This document shows positions 1-2,318 of a DNA stretch of 2,318 nucleotides, one piece after another. The notes below the pieces were generated by a model, which was not told where the DNA came from, searched no databases, and saw nothing but the letters and a program-made list of their open reading frames with translations. How positions within the stretch are numbered: the first letter of the stretch is position 1; each line of letters starts with the position of its first letter. Origin of the DNA: a virus. Its lineage: Duplodnaviria; Heunggongvirae; Uroviricota; Caudoviricetes. Both the position numbers and the translations under genes were made by a program. The stretch lies in the IMG/VR virus record IMGVR_UViG_2660238126_000007. The stretch is one strand, 5' to 3'.

Positions 1-354
1 GTGGCTGATTTCGATAACCTGTTCGATGCTGCCATTGCCCGCGCCGATGAAACGATACGCGGGTACATGGGAACGTCAGCCACCATGACATCCGGTGAGC
101 AGTCCGGTGCTGTGATACGTGGTGTTTTTGATGACCCTGAAAATATCAGCTATGCCGGACAGGGCGTGCGCGTTGAAGGCTCCAGCCCGTCCCTGTTTGT
201 CCGGACTGATGATGTGCGGCAGCTGCGGCGCGGCGACACGCTGACCATCGGTGAGGAAAACTTCTGGATAGACCGGATTTCGCCAGATGATGGCGGAAGC
301 TGTCATCTCTGGCTTGGGCGGGGCGTACCGCCTGCCGTTAACCGTCGCCGCTGA
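1..354 (+). CDS. FII: Head-tail joining (head completion / tail attachment) protein, lambda gpFII-like
   Basis: 117-codon ORF ending at TGA 352-354. Translation (MADFDNLFDAAIARADETIRGYMGTSATMTSGEQSG...HLWLGRGVPPAVNRRR) is recognised as near-identical to lambda gpFII over its full length. First codon in the window is GTG at position 1; upstream RBS is off-window. Position immediately upstream of Z matches lambda gene order. Confidence 0.9.
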   Translation: MADFDNLFDAAIARADETIRGYMGTSATMTSGEQSGAVIRGVFDDPENISYAGQGVRVEGSSPSLFVRTDDVRQLRRGDTLTIGEENFWIDRISPDDGGSCHLWLGRGVPPAVNRRR

Positions 355-362
355 AAGGGGGA
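355..362 (+). promoter_or_regulatory. Shine-Dalgarno for Z (AAGGGGGA), 3-4 nt before ATG 366
   Basis: Purine-rich GGGGGA run directly seen between the FII stop (352-354) and the Z start (366). Confidence 0.6.
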
Positions 363-365
363 TGT

Positions 366-944
366 ATGGCCATAAAAGGTCTTGAGCAGGCCGTTGAAAA
401 CCTCAGCCGTATCAGCAGAACGGCGGTGCCCGGTGCCGCCGCAATGGCCATTAACCGCGTTGCTTCATCCGCGATATCGCAGTCGGCGTCACAGGTTGCC
501 CGTGAGACAAAGGTACGCCGGAAACTGGTAAAGGAAAGGGCCAGGCTGAAAAGGGCCACGGTCAAAAATCCGCAGGCCAGAATCAAGGTTAACCGGGGGG
601 ATTTGCCCGTAATAAAGCTGGGTAACGCGCGGATTGTCCTGTCCCGACGCAGGCGTCGTAAAAAGGGGCAGCGTTCAGCCCTGAAAGGTGGCGGCAGCGT
701 GCTTGTGGTGGGAAACCGTCGTATTCCCGGCGCGTTTATTCAGCAACTGAAAAATGGCCGCTGGCATGTCATGCAGCGTGTGGCCGGGAAAAATCGTTAC
801 CCCATTGATGTGGTGAAAATCCCGATGGCGGTGCCGCTGACCACGGCGTTTAAACAGAATATTGAGCGGATACGGCGTGAGCGTCTTCCGAAAGAGCTGG
901 GCTATGCGCTGCAGCATCAACTGAGGATGGTAATAAAGCGATGA
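366..944 (+). CDS. Z: Minor tail protein / tail completion protein, lambda gpZ-like
   Basis: 192-codon ORF (ATG 366, TGA 942-944). Translation MAIKGLEQAVENLSRIS...[15 protein letters not shown] is recognised as lambda gpZ-like across the whole length. Strongly basic, with an RRRRRKK cluster. Synteny between FII and U. Confidence 0.9.
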   Translation: MAIKGLEQAVENLSRISRTAVPGAAAMAINRVASSAISQSASQVARETKVRRKLVKERARLKRATVKNPQARIKVNRGDLPVIKLGNARIVLSRRRRRKKGQRSALKGGGSVLVVGNRRIPGAFIQQLKNGRWHVMQRVAGKNRYPIDVVKIPMAVPLTTAFKQNIERIRRERLPKELGYALQHQLRMVIKR

Positions 945-1336
945 AACATACTGAACTCCGAGCAGCCGTACTGGATGCACTGGAGAAGCATGACACCGGG
1001 GCGACGCTTTTTGATGGTCGCCCCGCTGTTTTTGATGAGGAAGATTTTCCGGCAATTGCCGTTTATCTCACCGGCGCTGAATACACGGGCGAAGAGCTGG
1101 ACAGCGATACCTGGCAGGCGGAGCTGCATATTGAAGTTTTCCTGCCTGCTCAGGTGCCGGATTCAGAGCTGGATGCGTGGATGGAGTCCCGGATTTATCC
1201 GGTGATGAGTGATATCCCGGCACTGTCAGATTTGATCACCAGTATGGTGACCAGCGGCTATGACTATCGGCGCGACGATGATGCGGGCCTGTGGAGTTCA
1301 GCCGATCTGACTTATGTCATTACCTATGAAATGTGA
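941..1336 (+). CDS. U: Tail tube terminator protein, lambda gpU-like
   Basis: 131-codon ORF (ATG 941, TGA 1334-1336). Translation [54 protein letters not shown]...LTYVITYEM is recognised as lambda gpU. Start overlaps the Z stop in an ATGA arrangement. Confidence 0.9.
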   Translation: MKHTELRAAVLDALEKHDTGATLFDGRPAVFDEEDFPAIAVYLTGAEYTGEELDSDTWQAELHIEVFLPAQVPDSELDAWMESRIYPVMSDIPALSDLITSMVTSGYDYRRDDDAGLWSSADLTYVITYEM

Positions 1337-1339
1337 GGA
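1335..1339 (+). promoter_or_regulatory. Shine-Dalgarno for V (GAGGA), 4 nt before ATG 1344
   Basis: GAGGA directly seen overlapping the U stop codon, with appropriate spacing to the ATG at 1344. Confidence 0.6.
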
Positions 1340-1343
1340 CGCT

Positions 1344-2084
1344 ATGCCTGTACCAAATCCTGTAATGCCGGTGAAAGGGGCCGGGACCACCCTGTGGGTT
1401 TATAAGGGGAGTGGTGACCCTTATGCGAATCCGCTTTCAGACGTTGACTGGTCGCGTCTGGCAAAAGTTAAAGACCTGACGCCCGGCGAACTGACCGCTG
1501 AGTCTTATGACGACAGCTATCTCGATGATGAAGATGCAGACTGGACTGCGACCGGGCAGGGGCAGAAATCTGCTGGAGATACCAGCTTCACGCTGGCGTG
1601 GATGCCCGGAGAGCAGGGGCAGCAGGCGCTGCTGGCGTGGTTTAATGAAGGCGATACCCGTGCCTATAAAATCCGCTTCCCGAACGGCACGGTCGATGTG
1701 TTCCGTGGCTGGGTCAGCAGTATCGGTAAGGCGGTGACGGCGAAGGAAGTGATTACCCGCACGGTGAAGGTCACCAATGTGGGACGTCCGTCGATGGCAG
1801 AAGATCGCAGCACGGTGACGGCGACAACCGGCATGACGGTGACACCCGCCAGTGCTTCCGTAGTGAAAGGGCAGAGCACCACGCTGACCGTGGCATTCCA
1901 GCCGGATGGCGCAACCGACAAGAGCTTCCGTGCGGTGTCTGCGGATAAAACAAAAGCCACCGTGTCGGTCAGTGGTATGACCATCACCGTGAAAGGTGTT
2001 GCTGCAGGCAAGGTCAACATTCCGGTCGTATCCGGTAATGGTGAGTTTGCTGCGGTTGCAGAAATCAACGTCACCGCCAGTTAA
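1344..2084 (+). CDS. V: Major tail tube protein, lambda gpV-like (N-terminal tube domain plus C-terminal Ig-like domain)
   Basis: The six-frame track opens this ORF at 1314 ([15 protein letters not shown]...), but the ATG at 1344 is preceded by a GAGGA SD and gives the N-terminus [31 protein letters not shown], which matches lambda gpV. 246 codons to TAA 2082-2084. C-terminal part is rich in T/V/S/A (...[25 protein letters not shown]...), typical of a Big_2-type Ig-like domain. Confidence 0.9.
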   Translation: MPVPNPVMPVKGAGTTLWVYKGSGDPYANPLSDVDWSRLAKVKDLTPGELTAESYDDSYLDDEDADWTATGQGQKSAGDTSFTLAWMPGEQGQQALLAWFNEGDTRAYKIRFPNGTVDVFRGWVSSIGKAVTAKEVITRTVKVTNVGRPSMAEDRSTVTATTGMTVTPASASVVKGQSTTLTVAFQPDGATDKSFRAVSADKTKATVSVSGMTITVKGVAAGKVNIPVVSGNGEFAAVAEINVTAS

Positions 2085-2087
2085 TCC

Positions 2088-2093
2088 GGAGAG
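2088..2093 (+). promoter_or_regulatory. Shine-Dalgarno for G (GGAGAG), 6 nt before ATG 2100
   Basis: GGAGAG directly seen in the 15-nt V-G spacer. Confidence 0.6.
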
Positions 2094-2099
2094 TCAGCG

Positions 2100-2318
2100 A
2101 TGTTCCTGAAAACCGAATCATTTGAACATAACGGTGTGACCGTCACGCTTTCTGAACTGTCAGCCCTGCAGCGTATTGAGCATCTCGCCCTGATGAAACG
2201 GCAGGCAGAACAGGCGGAGTCAGACAGCNNNNNNNNGTNNNCTNTNACCAACTATAAACGACCACTTTGCCTTTCATCCTATTGTCGATCCCTTATCGCG
2301 GCGGATAATCGCTTTTGA
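2100..2318 (+). CDS. G: Tail assembly chaperone, lambda gpG-like, 5' portion; frame interrupted by ambiguous bases and followed by divergent 3' sequence (possibly truncated or disrupted)
   Basis: ATG 2100 with SD. First 43 codons (MFLKTESFEHNGVTVTLSELSALQRIEHLALMKRQAEQAESDS) are recognised as the lambda gpG N-terminus. Codons 44-49 fall in the N-containing stretch. The remaining 23 codons (TNYKRPLCLSSYCRSLIAADNRF) do not resemble gpG and end at TGA 2316-2318, whereas lambda gpG is about 140 aa. Confidence 0.6.
   Translation: MFLKTESFEHNGVTVTLSELSALQRIEHLALMKRQAEQAESDSXXXXXXTNYKRPLCLSSYCRSLIAADNRF
2229..2246. other. Cluster of ambiguous base calls (13 N among 18 positions) inside the G reading frame
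   Basis: Directly seen: nnnnnnnngtnnnctntn. Indicates a low-confidence consensus, masked bases or an assembly gap. Confidence 0.95.

Noticed and set aside
76-306. 76-aa antisense ORF inside FII
   Set aside because: Shadow ORF within FII; no recognisable protein or start signals.
338-586. 82-aa antisense ORF over the Z start
   Set aside because: Overlaps the Z N-terminus and the FII-Z junction on the opposite strand. No independent support.
656-665. Possible -1 slippery-like motif T AAA AAG in Z (resembling the A AAA AAG type)
   Set aside because: Imperfect heptamer (first base T, not A), no obvious downstream stimulatory structure, and the -1 frame hits a stop within about 8 codons. The known programmed frameshift in this operon is at the G-T junction, which is outside this window.
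675-1055. 126-aa antisense ORF spanning the Z/U boundary
   Set aside because: Shadow ORF opposite two strongly supported genes. Its translation is low-complexity and His/Arg-rich, as expected from antisense reading of coding sequence.
917-1129. 70-aa antisense ORF over the U 5' region
   Set aside because: Shadow ORF opposite Z/U.
975-1205. 76-aa +strand ORF in an alternative frame inside U
   Set aside because: Fully nested in U in a different frame. Its translation is Arg/Leu/Cys-rich and unlike real proteins, typical of an out-of-frame reading.
1314-1343. Upstream ATG (1314) giving a 256-aa version of V ([15 protein letters not shown]…)
   Set aside because: It would overlap the end of U by 23 nt and has no SD. 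The ATG at 1344 has a GAGGA SD 4 nt upstream and reproduces the known gpV N-terminus (MPVPNP…).
1507-1737. 76-aa +strand alternative-frame ORF inside V
   Set aside because: Nested out-of-frame ORF with a highly basic, low-complexity translation; no support.
1771-1953. 60-aa antisense ORF inside V
   Set aside because: Shadow ORF; no support.
1664-2074. 136-aa antisense ORF inside V
   Set aside because: Lies entirely within the well-supported V coding region on the opposite strand. Such shadow ORFs are common in GC-rich coding DNA, and it has no recognisable start context.
2100-2318. Whether the 72-codon ORF is an intact small gene in its own right
   Set aside because: Its first 43 residues are unmistakably the gpG N-terminus, so it is a truncated or disrupted G (or an artefact), not a distinct small gene.

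Overview
This window is a contiguous piece of a lambda-like (lambdoid siphovirus) late morphogenesis operon, all on the + strand, in the canonical order FII - Z - U - V - G. I recognise the four complete proteins and the first 43 residues of G from the translations as close relatives of phage lambda gpFII, gpZ, gpU, gpV and gpG; this is recall-based, not a database search. Genes are tightly packed (spacers of 11, -4, 7 and 15 nt), which fits translational coupling and leaves no room for inserted cargo genes. The only real anomaly is at the 3' end: a cluster of ambiguous bases (2229-2246) inside G, followed by 72 nt (2247-2318) that no longer read like lambda G, are lower in GC, and end in an in-frame stop. 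That points to an assembly or consensus artefact, or a genuine disruption of G such as an insertion, deletion or mosaic joint. I find no support for a novel or undescribed system in this window; it is well-characterised tail-assembly machinery.
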